Below, piece after piece: positions 22,981-37,800 of a stretch of 64,000 nucleotides of DNA. The notes beneath the pieces were generated by a model. That model did no database searches, was not told the origin of the DNA, and saw only the letters and a list, made by a program, of their open reading frames with translations. The stretch comes from Amphiscolops sp. MND2022 (lineage: Eukaryota): contig OZ076412.1 in NCBI GenBank assembly GCA_964187785.1, positions 30,318,001-30,382,000 of the forward strand, written 5' to 3'. The first letter of the stretch is position 1, and each line of letters opens with the position of its first letter. The position numbers and the translations under genes are program-made.

Positions 22981-25900
22981 GTAAGTTTTCACCTTCCTTG
23001 CAGCTCAATGATTCTTCCTTTTTTGCAGAGAGATGGCATTATACGGTAAAAGCAACATCATTATTTTACGTGTTCTGTGCTACTGGAAACGCTTTTAAAC
23101 ATCTTCAACACCCCTTCTTGTCTATTACTTGACGTAACGAAACGGGGTTACGCTACGATTGCTTTCATAAGTGCACATGAACAAACAAAAAACACAGCTT
23201 CCCTGGAAACAGACATTTATAGAGCACAAATTAATTTGCCAAAAAAGTCTTGATTTCTTCCGAAACACAAACACGACTAAGCTTGACTGTCAACCGATTG
23301 ATCGCTACAGAGAGCAGCACTATCAGTTAAAAAATACTTCCATTTGCGCGAAAACATTGTAAGTAAAGTGGACATCTCAACTAAGTACCATTTAATTTCC
23401 TAGAAGATAGAAATGAAAAATCTGGAACGAAGTTTTGGTCTCGCAGAGTCAAACTATGTCATTTAGAATTCATGATTAGAAATCCCGCAACGAAGAACGT
23501 GAATTGCGCAAAACGGTTAGTTGTTGTTGCTGAGAATATGAGAACGGATATACCGACCTTGATGGTCAGTTTTGTCGTCTTCAAAAGAAAACATAAGACT
23601 AATGAATTCTATGGTCGGATGACTGCATGAAAAAAAAAACATTCCCACAGTGATAGGTGTGTTACCAATGGCATCTTCACGAAAACGAATGAACATTCAA
23701 GCAAGTTTGTGGGGAGATACGGCCTCGTAGAAAGGAGGAAAGAGGGTTTTTCAGAGATTTTTTGTTTTTCCAGGCTGCATTGACTTTCTGATGATCTTCA
23801 CTAGACTTGTTTGCATTTTCTACTGACTGAAATGGTGTTAAGATCCCTAAATCTACGGTTAAAGCAATTGGTCTGTAACAAAATCTTCAACTATATTCTT
23901 TCGAAACTGTGGCATGGGTGCTTTTCAGAGGTCACATCATATATTACATGCCAATATGACCTTTTTATGTTATGATGTAAAAGTACCTGCCAATACTGAT
24001 AGCTATGATTACCTTAGTAGCTATAAAAGTAGGAACCCTGGGTCACTTTTGCTCGGTTTTTATTCGGCATGCGGAATTGATTCGTCGCTCGGGAAAAACG
24101 TTGATTCGGCAGTAGGAAATGATTCGTCTCTCGGGAAAAACGTTGATTCGGCAGTCGGAATTAATTCGGCGCTTGGGAAAAGGCCGGGCGGTTACCTTGG
24201 AATTAGGACAGTTGATGTGGGTATTTACAGTTGAAATTCAGAATGATTTAAATAGGTGTGGCTTTATTTCTCACGTTGTGGGCTTTATGCGTGCAGCACC
24301 ATTTGATGTTTTTACCACTTGCGCTGAGGCGAATTCTCAAGTAGTACTTGTTTACAAATCGTAAAAGGTTTGACTTGCGTGTCGATAAAGAGGGTGCATG
24401 TCGTTTTCAATATTTTGAGACGGCAAAAATTATTTCATCAAGACGTTGTTATCATCGAGTGACTTCAAGAGATTAATTGAGTAATTGGGTCAATATGTTA
24501 ACTAACAGTGAGAAATTTGTTTCCGAGGTCAATTCAGAATATTTTTTTGAGAAAACACTCAATCCATAAAAAGAGAAATCTGGATTTCAAAGAGATCTGT
24601 AAGTCGCTTTCGCCAAAAACGAACGTAATTTTTTTACTTGGGGGACTGCCTTCAGACTCTTGTGATGGTGAAAATAGAGTGTTAACTCAATGCACGCGGG
24701 GAACAAAAGTTCGAGGGTAATCGCCACCACTTTCGGGTAACGTTAATAAAAGTAGATCATCTTGAATGGCTACAGCTATTATAGTGAAGATTTTCTGCAA
24801 ATATAGTGAAAACCACTTCAAGTTATGGAACTGCATCTGAAATCTTTGGTAGAGTATATACCAATTAAGAATGTTTGCACCATAGCACCTTCTTAAAATG
24901 AGTTTTAGCAAACATTTTAGTACTTCAAATCCTATGAATTATGGAGTGGTGATTAAAAATACAACTACTTCATTCCTACGTTTCGACATAGTCGGAGAAT
25001 ACAACCAGCTCTACATGATACGGGAAGCTAGATTCCAGAAGTTGATTGTTTCAATACATGTTCAAAAGACAAATTAAAACTTCAGGTTGTTATATCTAGT
25101 CATTACAAGAAGTGATTTGTATACTTTTTTATTACCAACAGTATTACAGGTATCCCTCTTTTATACCAACGAACAGACAGTTACTATTTCAAAGGATGGC
25201 TCGAACAGTTTATGAGTGACAACACTTTTGGATTCCTGTGGTGGTTAATTGATAATTCTTACCTGTTTCAAGATAAAACGGGTAAGTTGAAAGCACGAGT
25301 TTTTGAAAAAAATTAAATATCTCAATACATTTCAACATGTTCAAGGTGAAAAACTTAAATGGATTATGGTGGAAAATTTAACAACAGGACAACCAATAAA
25401 CCGACTTTCGTACAATGTAATTCGTTCCAATGTTGACGGTTGTTGACGAGTTGAAAGAATTGAGTGATCTAATTGCAGTGAACCGTCAGAATAGTAATGG
25501 ACTTTGTTGTGAGAAAAATCAAAGATGGAATGTTTCAAATTCGGAAAGAATACCCAAGAATACTAACAAGAGCCCCATATGCGGTAAAGGAGTCGGCTCA
25601 AGTCTTTTTCCTCCAATCCCAGATATACGAATTTATTGAAATTGCACACATAGACCATACTATGGTTTAGAAAAAGACTGCAGAAATTTTCGTTCGAATC
25701 GTATGGACTGTTTTTGCGAACACAAAACTGTTGAAACATAACTGTTTTTTGGCCATTTTTGGGCTAATTTTGGCTATGTTTCTCACATCCCAGCCATACA
25801 ATGTTGACGCCATTGCACATATAGGACTCTAAAAAGGTGTAGAATGACTGTAGAATTGTTCATTTGAATCGTATGTGAAAAAACGTTTTATTTGCTCTTG

Positions 25901-27996
25901 AAAGGCTCCACTGTTCTGTTTTCCGGCAATTTTGTGAAAATATCGGGAATAAAAACTGCAGTCTTTATATTCGATAATTATATAGTACCTAGAGCAACAT
26001 ATTCAAAAGGCAAATTGCCACTTCGGGCGAGGACTTGAAACAAGGACTTTTTTGAGAAAGTCGAAAAAAGTCGAAAAATGACGGTTTTTTGGCCATTTTT
26101 GGCTAATTTTGTCTATGTTTCTCACATCCCAGCCATACAATTTTGAGGCCTTTGAGCAGGCAGCCCCTCCTTTGGGTTTAGAATGACTCTGCAAAAATAT
26201 TTGTCAGTTATTGAGAAATTTGAAATTTTCATGAAAAGGTCAGTAGAAAAGAAAACATAAAAACGACACGATTGCATAAGTAGTCGAAAATTTTTTCCGA
26301 CTCCTAACAAAAACTATTCACTGTTCGTGTTTGAAGGTTATAGAAAGTGATGATAGAATTTTACAAGTTGCGCTTGATTGAAAGAAAAAAACACTGAACT
26401 ATGACCAAGAGGAAGGTGTTGTCAACCAATTTTTCCAACCATTGTAATTTTTCTCAATACAATTTCAAAAAAGCCAACCGACTATCATAATTTTTAACTG
26501 TTATCAAAACCGTTCTTCTTCTAAAAATCCAAAAATTTTGTTTCAAAGTCTTAGAAACGCTTCAAAATTACGTTTACAGGTCACACACAAAGTTTTTTGG
26601 TCAATACCTAGTTCAAGTAGAGATGGTAATGTTGGGGGGAACTAACAATGGTGGTTTAACAAGGAAGACCATACTTTTGGAAGTAAAACAAACTATTGAA
26701 ACATCGACTATTGACTCAGATCTCAAGTAAGTAAAATACTCAAATTTTTAAACTGTTTCAAGTACTCACCCCAAGTGACAATTTGCCTTTTAAATATGTA
26801 GCTCCATGTACTATATAGTTATTATATATGGAGACTGCAGTTTTCATTCCCGATACTTTCACACAAAATTTCCAGAAAACAGAACAGTGGAGCCTTCGTT
26901 TGGACAGTAACCTTTCAAGAGCAAACAAAACGTTTTTTCCCATTCCGCCATTCATATTCGAGCAAAATTCGATTTTGTTGTCTCAAGATTGAACTCATCA
27001 ATTACCGTAACCCCAGTCTAATCTTATCTGGATGGAGACAACTTACAGGGACACGAACAAGCTCCTTGGATCCTATTTTTACACTTTGTAGAGAGCGTAA
27101 AAAGTGAATATGGAATAACCCTCTATGCCATGAATCATGCCCTAATTACATGACTTGGTGATACTTACTTGAACTCTTTCAGCGTTTCCTAAAGCATGTG
27201 TTAGAATCAAAAGTCAATGCATGGGATAAGTTTTAGTTTATTAAAGCTTTCGTTCCAATTCAATCAGTGAAGAATATGTTGAAATTCAATAATTTATGAC
27301 TTCTAACTAACGAAGTCATGTTGTCAAAGACTTGTTAAAAAACCTTACGAGGAAATAATGAAACTAAGAGATCAAGACTCAATAATTTGAAATGAATTTC
27401 GTTGCATTTAAAATTTTTTCCAAAAGAAGATGACTTTCTCGATGATTAAGGTTAATCAACTATAAGAATAACTATGAACATGAATAATGTTTTAAGACTT
27501 CGGGTTGAATCGATAATCACTAGTGTTTTGTACCATTCTAGTGTCGAGAAAAAAGCAACTTCTTGAGTTCAAGAAAAACTCCACTTTGACTGAACCTTGC
27601 AAGTCAACTAATCTTTTTCGAGAAGAGGTCATATTCTGAGATCAAAAAATACCTTAAAACAACTACAACTATAACTATACATAAACAAATACTAAATGAG
27701 TTAATTTAAGCTCCCTAGATTATAATTTTCAGTAGAAACAGTCTCTCTGGGGTCAAGAACAGAATTTTTGGAAAAACTACAAGAAGTTCGCAGAATACCT
27801 CGGAACATGCACAATCGTAAATTCCATGTGAACAAGATTGTAACAGGGAAACACATATTTAATATTGCGACCAATAGGAAGTGACTATCGCGAATTTCCA
27901 AGATTTTGATCAATACCCAATAAACTTTTCTGAAAAACAGACTGAAAATTTCTGTTTGAAAATTTTATACTCTCCCTTTGCAGTCGCTCCTCAATT

Positions 27997-30900
27997 ATGG
28001 ACCAAAACTTTTTTGTGAAACTTGCTTATAATGTTTCAAACACAAGCGAACATTTAACAGACACGTACGGTAAAAACACAGAGATCATTCGAACGACCGT
28101 GAGGTAACTTTTTAAATTTACTCAAAAACAACAAGAGAGCACTCAACTGACAGTAATGACTATGATTTTGAAAAGAACACCAGACGAAAGCACTTGAAAG
28201 GTTTTGCTTTCAAACCAATAAAAAATATCCTCGAACCCATTGTTTTCCTGAATAACTACTATCCGAACATCTACGCTTTACTTATCAAAACTTTAAAAGA
28301 GGCAACTAGTTTAAAAATCCAAATATTCTTGTGTGTTTTATAATGCAAACTAGGTACTGAATTGGAAATTGAGGCTTGTTTCAACATGCTTTCGAGAGAA
28401 ACATTCGACAAAATTAAAAACCACATTGTGAAACAGTTTGAGAACTTCTGTCAGCATGGTTCTGGATGGAGAGTTAGGAATGTTTCAAAATTGGGTAATA
28501 AGTTCGCTCAAAACAAGCCCATTCAACCCCAAGCGAACATCAACCAAATTTTCAAACAATACTTTTTTGCTTAACATCCAAACAATTAGGAGAAATAACT
28601 GTTTTGAGCTTTGTAATCTTGCAGCAAGTCATTATCGCGATATAAAAAACAAGAAGAGTCGTTCCAGCATTTATGAAAAAGTTCAGAAAAATGACTTATA
28701 TGACGCGGAGAATCCTGTTAAAAGTAAATACATTGGCAAGATCGAAGGAGCTGGTGATTTATCAATTTATGTTTTTGCTCTGGATACGGAAGATTATTCC
28801 ATTCGAATTCCCAACATAAAGGGATTTCCGGGGGATTTATTGCAACTTGAGAAAGACGGCCGTTATCACTACTGTTTATTTACAAGTTTTAATGGGTTTA
28901 TGCGAAGAGAAACAAAACTGGAGAATCAGTTTTACTGTCGACGTTGTTTGACTGGAAGTTCAATCTTGAGTCGCTTCAAGACTCATCAACTCATGTGTTC
29001 TGAACAACCGGGAAATGGACGATTGAGTCTTTGTTGCAAAAAGCGACAATTGAGTCCCAAAACAAAATTAGTCCCAAAATAAATAAACTTTGGTTGTCGA
29101 CAATCGAGTCCAGCGACAATTGAGTCCCAAATAATTCAAATCCTCCAGAATAAAGTTTAGTGCTAATGCTAGCATAATTAGCATGAGGTTTTAATAGTTT
29201 ACCGACCAATATACTTGACTTCTTATACCAATATACTTGATAATTACTAATGGAATAAAAGCGATGTGAGCTAATTGTTAAATTTCAATCATGAATGATT
29301 TTCAAAATCATACCTAACAATTTATTTGGGACTCAGTTGTCGCCTTTTACATTTGGGACTCATTTGTCGGCATCTGGTAGGTTCATCAAAAAATTTATTT
29401 TGAGACTTAATTGTCGCGGGACTCAATTGACGTTTTTTGCAATTGGGACTCAATTTGTATTGGGACTCGAATAGTTTTGGGACTCAGTCGTTGCCTCTCC
29501 GAACAACCTTGCCGAATAAAGGTGAAACAAAATGGTAAGATGTCTCGGAAAAGTGTTGCAGCAGGAATGCGAGTCCCGCTTGTTATTTATGGAGACCTAG
29601 AGGCCATCACACCTAAAATTACCGACACACCCAACCATTTACACGCACGAAAAATTGAAAGAAAGACCTTGTGGCATTCATGCAATTTGCTTAAATGAAA
29701 AAGGGAAACTGATAAAGCTACATTCCAGTTGGAGTGAGGGGTGGGTTACGGGTTTCGTTGGTTTATGGGCTGAAGAAACATATCAATACAAGAGAATACT
29801 GTGAGGCATAGCCCATAGTAAATAAAACATATCATGCAGAACACCAACATTCACTGCAGTTATTTTTCACAAAAGCTCAAAGTATGATCTTTAGCAACTT
29901 CTGAGGTCTTATAGGCTTGGAGACGTATCGAAAAACTGGAGTGTTTTGCAAACAACTCTCAAAACTTCCTCAGCTTTTCAAATTGAGTACTACAGGATTT
30001 TTCCAGATTGACCAAAAACAACAATTAATTTGATAAGCTCAAATTTATTGATGGTTTCCGATTCCAAGCAAAGTCATTGAGCAGCCTTATTGAAACAATG
30101 AAAACTTATAATGTTCCCTTTGCTACCTTCAAAGAAGGTTTCAGTCAATTATCACAAGATCAGCAAAATCTAGTTCTTCAGAAAGAGTTTAGCCTTATAG
30201 CTATATGCACTCATTTGACAAATTCCAAGAAACCGAACTTTCCCCATCTGGATTGACACTTTATCCAACGAACCGATATCGGATCAAAACTACCAGCACG
30301 CCAAAAATTTGTGGTAAAATCTAGGTACAAAAAATCAGGGGATATCTTGATATATATCTTCAAGTTGATGTTTACACCCCAGCCGACGTTTTTTGAGAAC
30401 TTTCGACAACTAGCTTACAGCAGTTTTGGTCTGGACCCAGCGCACTTCCTTACAGCTCTTCAATTTGCATGGAAAGCAATGCTCAAAACAACAAAGGTTG
30501 AATTGGGTTTACTATCAGAAAAAAGCTGTCTTGATTTTGTGGAACGAGGAATCAAGAGTGGAATACGTGGTGTTTTTCAAAGCGAACAAACCACAATGTG
30601 AAAATTTTAACGCCACAGAGCCAAAAACCTGGATGATTTTATTAGACGCTAAATTCCTCTATGGAGGAGTAATGCGGAAAAATGTACCCATTGGCAACTT
30701 TTCAAAAACAACAGATTCTCTAGTAATTGTATTAGCAACTGCTGACGTTGTTGAATTTGGATTGATTTGGATGTTGTTGATTTGGAAAATCCAACAGAAT
30801 TACCTCATCAACACACTGATTATCCCTTGGGAACATAGCATTTGAAATTAGCAAAAGACATGCTCTCACCTTTACAAGAGCGGAACAAGTGTGAATCAGG

Positions 30901-31862
30901 GGAATCGTTCAAGCTTTTGCAAAATTTTAACATATAGGAACATTACGTTTGCCACTACAGGATTTTGAAACTTTACGTTTCTCATGGGTTACAAGTGGTA
31001 AATGTTTATGCAATTATCAAATTTAAGTAGAGCAAAAGGATGAAATTCCATATTGACATCAACACAGAAATTCGGCGTAAAACATAAACTGATTGTTTGA
31101 AACATTTCGGAAAACTGTTAAACAATTCAGTTTCTGGGAAATCCATGGAAGATTCGACTAATCGTCAATATATAAAGCTTTTCACAAATGACACTCATTG
31201 TGAAAAGTTCATTAGCAAACCCAACTTCAATTCTCTTAATTTTTTCAACCGGATTTATGTGTTTTGATTATGGGTAAGTCAATAGTAACTTGGAAAAAAC
31301 CTACACACTTTGGAGCTACAGTTTTGGATTTGTCCACTTTGATCATACACAGATTTCTCTACGAAACAATAAATTCAATTATTGTAGACAAGGCGAAACT
31401 CCTCTACTCAAACACAGATTCGCTTTTGTTATCAATTGAGAGGGAAAATTTGTAGGAAGACTTCCAAAAGTTCCAGGACGTGTTTGAATTTTCAAATTAT
31501 CCAAACGATCTCCCTTTGCACAGCGATAAAAACTGAAGATGGAAGACGAGATGAATAATGGAGTCATCAGCGAGTATGTCGGACTGAGAGCAAAACTGAA
31601 CAGCTCTCAATCATTGGTCGAATTCAAAAAGTGTGCAAAAGGTGTTATGACGATGAAAAGATAGTAAAGAAAACTCTCCATCACGATCTATACAAAAAAG
31701 TCTTGTCTGACAAGCTAACGATCAAAGAGAAACTGAGAACATTCAAATAGCACAACTTGAATCTTTCCGTTGAGGAAGCCGACAAAATTGTTTTGAAGTG
31801 CTGATTAAAAACGATATATTGAAAAAGATGTGAATGAATTCTTAGCTTTTGGGCATTATTAA
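27997..31862 (+). pseudogene. Decayed Polinton/Maverick (adintovirus-type) protein-primed DNA polymerase B
   Basis: N-terminal C2H2-like FCETCL*CFKHKRTFNRHVR*KH; QFENFCQHGSGWRV; FYCRRCL…HQLMC; exonuclease PLVIYGDLE; FENFRQLAYSSFGLDPAHF; motif A LLDAKFLYG; motif B GKLLNNSVSGKSME; motif C LLYSNTDS; terminal LAFGHY*. Numerous stops and frameshifts. Confidence 0.9.
29010..29500. mobile_element. MITE (Mutator/foldback-like) inserted in the pPolB gene
   Basis: Flanked by GAACAACC (29002-29009 and 29501-29508). Subterminal arrays of TTGAGTCCCA on the left and TGGGACTCAA on the right. Removal restores ...MCSEQP-CRIKVKQ... in frame. Confidence 0.85.
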
Positions 31863-34800
31863 ATACTCCGCTCATCGCCAACAAGTATATTGCCAGCAAT
31901 TTTGGTTGATCCAACGATAACAATGGACGAGAAGCACTTTTTTGTGTCAAAGCAAAGAAGGACACAAAGCGAAAAAGATATACAAGACCCATTCTTCCTA
32001 TCGTGTGACACGCCCGATGACAAACAAATGTACTCACCCCCAAAACGAGCGCAAAAATTCCCATCCATCATAATTGAAGCTCAAGAAGCCTAACTTTTTT
32101 CGTTTTTTTTAAAATGAAACTTAAACTTTAACGTCTGGCCAATTTAATATTCTTTTGTTACTTTTCGAAACAGAAAGACTACAAGAAGTAAACTTGATTT
32201 GCAATGCTGATTAGATTAAACTTCATTATTCTCGGAAATTGATGAATATAAAACTTGTTTAAAACAAGCAACATAATATAAATAGTGGGATCCACACACA
32301 CGCATACTTTTTCAAGACAATCTTTGTACTCAGTCCACAGGTTATTGATCTTGTCACTTGAAAGTATTGTTGCAAATTTTAGAAATCAGGCCTATCCTGA
32401 AGATTTTTTGAGCATATCTATCAACGCAATTTCACAGCAATTTTGTTCTAGACCCAGCACACTCCCTTACAACTCTTCAATTTGCATGGAAAGCAATGCT
32501 AAAAACAACAAAAGTTGAATTGTGTTTACTATCAGAAAAAGGCCATCTTGATATTGTGAGGAGAGGAATCAAGAATGGAAAATGTGATGTTTTTCAAAGC
32601 GAACAACCGACAATGTGAAAATTATAACGCCACAGAGCCAAAAACCTGGATGATTTTATTAGACGCTAAAAACCTCTATGGATGAGTAATAAGTGAAAAT
32701 TTACCCATTGGCAACTTTTCAAAAACAACAGATTCACTAGTAACTGTATAAGCATTTGCTGACGATGCTGAATTTGGATTTTTTGTTGTTGTTGATTTGG
32801 AAAATCCAACAGAATTACACCATCAACACACTGAATATCCCTTGGAAACATAGCATTTGAAAATATCAAAAGAAATGCTCTCACCTTTACAAGAGCGAGA
32901 CAAGTGTGAATCAGGGGAATCGTTCAAGCTTTTGCAAATTTTTAACATTAAGGAACATTAGGTTTGCCACTACAAGATTTTGAAACTTTACGTTTCTCAT
33001 GGGTTACAAGTGGTAAATGTTTATGCAATTATCAAATTTAAGTAGAGCAAAAGGATGAAATTCCATATTGACATCAACACAGAAATTCGGCGTAAAACAT
33101 AAACTGATTGTTTGAAACATTTCGGAAAACTGTTAAACAATTCAGTTTCTGGGAAATCCATGGAAGATTCGACTAATCGTCAATATATAAAGCTTTTCAC
33201 AAATGACACTCATTGTGAAAAGTTCATTAGCAAACCCAACTTCAATTCTCTTAATTTTTTCAACCGGATTTATGTGTTTTGATTATGGGTAAGTCAATAG
33301 TAACTTGGAAAAAACCTACACACTTTGGAGCTACAGTTTTGGATTTGTCCACTTTGATCATACACAGATTTCTCTACGAAACAATAAATTCAATTATTGT
33401 AGACAAGGCGAAACTCCTCTACTCAAACACAGATTCGCTTTTGTTATCAATTGAGAGGGAAAATTTGTAGGAAGACTTCCAAAAGTTCCAGGACGTGTTT
33501 GAATTTTCAAATTATCCAAACGATCTCCCTTTGCACAGCGATAAAAACTGAAGATGGAAGACGAGATGAATAATGGAGTCATCAGCGAGTATGTCGGACT
33601 GAGAGCAAAACTGAACAGCTCTCAATCATTGGTCGAATTCAAAAAGTGTGCAAAAGGTGTTATGACGATGAAAAGATAGTAAAGAAAACTCTCCATCACG
33701 ATCTATACAAAAAAGTCTTGTCTGACAAGCTAACGATCAAAGAGAAACTGAGAACATTCAAATAGCACAACTTGAATCTTTCCGTTGAGGAAGCCGACAA
33801 AATTGTTTTGAAGTGCTGATTAAAAACGATATATTGAAAAAGATGTGAATGAATTCTTAGCTTTTGGGCATTATTAAATACTCCGCTCATCGCCAACAAG
33901 TATATTGCCAGCAATTTTGGTTGATCCAACGATAACAATGGACGAGAAGCACTTTTTTGTGTCAAAGCAAAGAAGGACACAAAGCGAAAAAGATATACAA
34001 GACCCATTCTTCCTATCGTGTGACACGCCCGATGACAAACAAATGTACTCACCCCCAAAACGAGCGCAAAAATTCCCATCCATCATAATTGAAGCTCAAG
34101 AAGCCTAACTTTTTTCGTTTTTTTTTAAAATGAAACTTAAACTTTAACGTCTGGCCAATTTAATATTCTTTTGTTACTTTTCGAAACAGAAAGACTACAA
34201 GAAGTAAACTTGATTTGCAATGCTGATTAGATTAAACTTCATTATTCTCGGAAATTGATGAATATAAAACTTGTTTAAAACAAGCAACATAATATAAATA
34301 GTGGGATCCACACACACGCATACTTTTTCAAGACAATCTTTGTACTCAGTCCACAGGTTATTGATCTTGTCACTTGAAAGTATTGTTGCAAATTTTAGAA
34401 ATCAGGCCTATCCTGAAGATTTTTTGAGCATATCTATCAACGCAATTTCACAGCAATTTTGTTCTAGACCCAGCACACTCCCTTACAACTCTTCAATTTG
34501 CATGGAAAGCAATGCTAAAAACAACAAAAGTTGAATTGTGTTTACTATCAGAAAAAGGCCATCTTGATATTGTGAGGAGAGGAATCAAGAATGGAAAATG
34601 TGATGTTTTTCAAAGCGAACAACCGACAATGTGAAAATTATAACGCCACAGAGCCAAAAACCTGGATGATTTTATTAGACGCTAAAAACCTCTATGGATG
34701 AGTAATAAGTGAAAATTTACCCATTGGCAACTTTTCAAAAACAACAGATTCACTAGTAACTGTATAAGCATTTGCTGACGATGCTGAATTTGGATTTTTT

Positions 34801-37800
34801 GTTGTTGTTGATTTGGAAAATCCAACAGAATTACACCATCAACACACTGAATATCCCTTGGAAACATAGCATTTGAAAATATCAAAAGAAATGCTCTCAC
34901 CTTTACAAGAGCGAGACAAGTGTGAATCAGGGGAATCGTTCAAGCTTTTGCAAATTTTTAACATTAAGGAACATTAGGTTTGCCACTACAAGATTTTGAA
35001 ACTTTACGTTTCTCATGGGTTACAAGTGGTAAATGTTTATGCATTTATCAAATTTAAGTGGAGCGAAAGGATGAAATTCCATATTGACATCAACACAGAA
35101 TTTCGGCGTAAAACATAAACTGATTGTTTGAAACATTCCGGAAAACTGTTAAACAATTCAGTTTTTGGGAAATCCATGGAAGATTCGACTAATCGTCAAT
35201 ATATAAAGCTTTTCACAAATGACACTCATTGTGAAAAGTTCATTAGCAAACCCAACTTCAATTCTCTTAATTTTTTTCAACCGGATTTATGTGTTTTGAT
35301 TATGTGTAAGTCAATAGTAACCTGGAAAAAACCTACATACTTTGGAGCTACAGTTTTGGATTTGTTCAAGTTGATCATACACAGATTTCTCTACGAAACA
35401 CTAAATTCAATTATTGTAGACAAGGCGAAACTCCTCTACTCAGACACAGATTCGCTTTTGTTAGCAATTGAGTCGGAAAACTTGTACGAAGACTTCCAAA
35501 AATTCCAGGACGTGTTTGACTTTTCAGATTATCCAAACGATCTCCCTTTGCACTGCGATAACAACTGAAGATGGTACACGAGATGAATATTGGAATCTTC
35601 AGCGAGTATGTCGCACTGAGAGCAAAGTTGAACAGCATTCAATCATTGGTCGAACTTAAAAAGTGTGCGAAACGTGTTACGACGATAGTAAGTTAGTACA
35701 GAAAACTCTCCATCACGATCTATACACAAAAGTCTTGTCTGGCAAGCTAACGATCACAGAGAAAATGCGAACTTTCAAGTCGTACAGTATGGTTTTTTTT
35801 GTTGAGGAAGCCAACAAAATTATTTCGAACAGTGCTGATAACAAACGATATTTTGAAGAAATTGTGTATGAAACACTTGCTTTTGGGCATTATTAAATAC
35901 CCCACTCATCGCCAAAAAGTATATTGCCAGAACTTTTGGTTGATCCAACGATAACAATGGACGAGAAGCCCTTTGTTGTATCAAATAAACGAAGAACAGA
36001 AAGCGAGAACGATATTCCTGGCCCAGGTTTCCTATCGTGTGACACGCCCGATGACAGACAACTGTACTCACCCCCTAAACGAGGGCAAAAAAACCCATTC
36101 ATCGTAATTGAATCTCAAGAAGCCTAACTTTTTTCGGTTTAAATGAAACTTAAACTTTAATTTGGCCAATTTAGTATTCTTTTGTTACTTTTCAAAACCG
36201 AAAGACTACAAGAAGTTCATTTGATTTCCAATGCTATTTACAATAAACTTCATTATTTTCTGATATTGATGTATAGAAAAAACTTTTTCAAAACAAGCAA
36301 CATAAAATAGTTAGTTGGATCCACACACACGCATACTTTTTCGAGGCAATCTTTGTAATCAGTGCACAGGTCGTTGGTCTTGTTACTTGAAAATATTGTT
36401 GCAAATTCTAGAAATCAGGCTTGTCCTGAACATTTTTGAGCATCTCTATCAACGCAATTTTAAAGCAATTTTGGTCTGGACACAGCATACTTCCTTACAG
36501 CTCCTCAATTTGCATGGAAAGCAATGCTCAAAACAACAAAGGATGAATTGGGTTTACTATCAGAAAAAGACCGTCTTGATTTTGTGAAGAGAGGAATCAG
36601 GAGTGGAATTTGTGGTGTTACCTGGATGATTCTATTAGACGCTCAAAACCTCTATGGACGAGTAATGCGTAAAAGTTTACTCATTGGCAACTTTTCAAAA
36701 ACAACAGATTCTGTAGTAACTGTATTAGCAACTGCTGACGATGCTGAATTTGGATTTTTCGTTGTTGATGATTTGGAACATCCAACAGGATTACACGATC
36801 AACACGATGATTATCGCTCGGGAACAGAGCAGTTGAAATTAACAAGAAAATGCTCTGACTTTTACGAGCGCGGGACAAGTGTGAATCAGGGGAAACAATC
36901 AAGCTTTTGCAAAATTTTAACATAAAGCCTTATTACGTTTGCCACTACCGGATTTTGAAATTTTACGTTTCTCATGGGTTACAAGTGGTAAAGGTTCATG
37001 CAATTATCAAATTTAAGCAGAGCAAAAGGATGAAATGATATATTGACATCAACACAGAAATGAGGCGTAAAACATAAACTGATTGTTTGAGACATTTCGG
37101 AAAACTGTTAAACAATTCAGTTTTTGGGAAATCCATGGAAGATTCGACTTATCGTCAATATAACAAGCTTTTCACAAATGACACTCAGTGTAAAAAATTT
37201 TTTAGCAAACCAACTTCAATTTTTTTAATTTTTTCAAACGGATTTTTGTGTTTTAATTATGTGTAAGTCGATAGTGACCTGGAACAAACCTACATATTTT
37301 GGAGCTACAGTTTTGGATTTGTCCAAGTTGATCATACGCAAATTTTTCTACAAACAATAAACCAAATAATGTAGATAAGGCGAAACTTCTCTACTCAGAC
37401 ACAGATTCGCTTTTGTTACCACTTGAGACGGAAAACTTGTACGAAGACTTTCAAAAATTCCATGACGTGCTAGACTTTTCAGATATTCCAAACGATCACC
37501 CTTTGCAATGCGATAAAAATTGAAGATGAAAGACGAGATAAATAGTGGAATCATCAGCGGGTATGTCGAACTGAGAGCTAAATTGAACAGCAATCAATCA
37601 TCGGTCGAATTCAAAAAGTGTGCAAAAGGTGTTACGACGATAGTATTATAAAACAGAAAACTCTCCATCACGATCTATACAAAAGAGTCTTGTCTGACAA
37701 GCTAACGATCAAAGAGAAAATGCGAACATTCAGGTCGCACAACTTGGATCTTTTCGTTGAGGAAGCCGACAAAATTGTTTTGAACAGTGCTGATAACAAA

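Larger units (their letters stand above)
18485..27245 (+). repeat. Direct tandem duplication, unit ~4.4 kb (18485-22853 and 22854-27245)
   Basis: Unit starts in the IRG exon (GGGGCTCTT..CACTGATTGCTGTATCTGG) and ends ...TTTTAGTTTATTAAA. Copies are near-identical, with scattered substitutions and a ~25-bp indel near 19855/24220. The ORF track shows paired ORFs about 4.37-4.39 kb apart. Confidence 0.97.
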
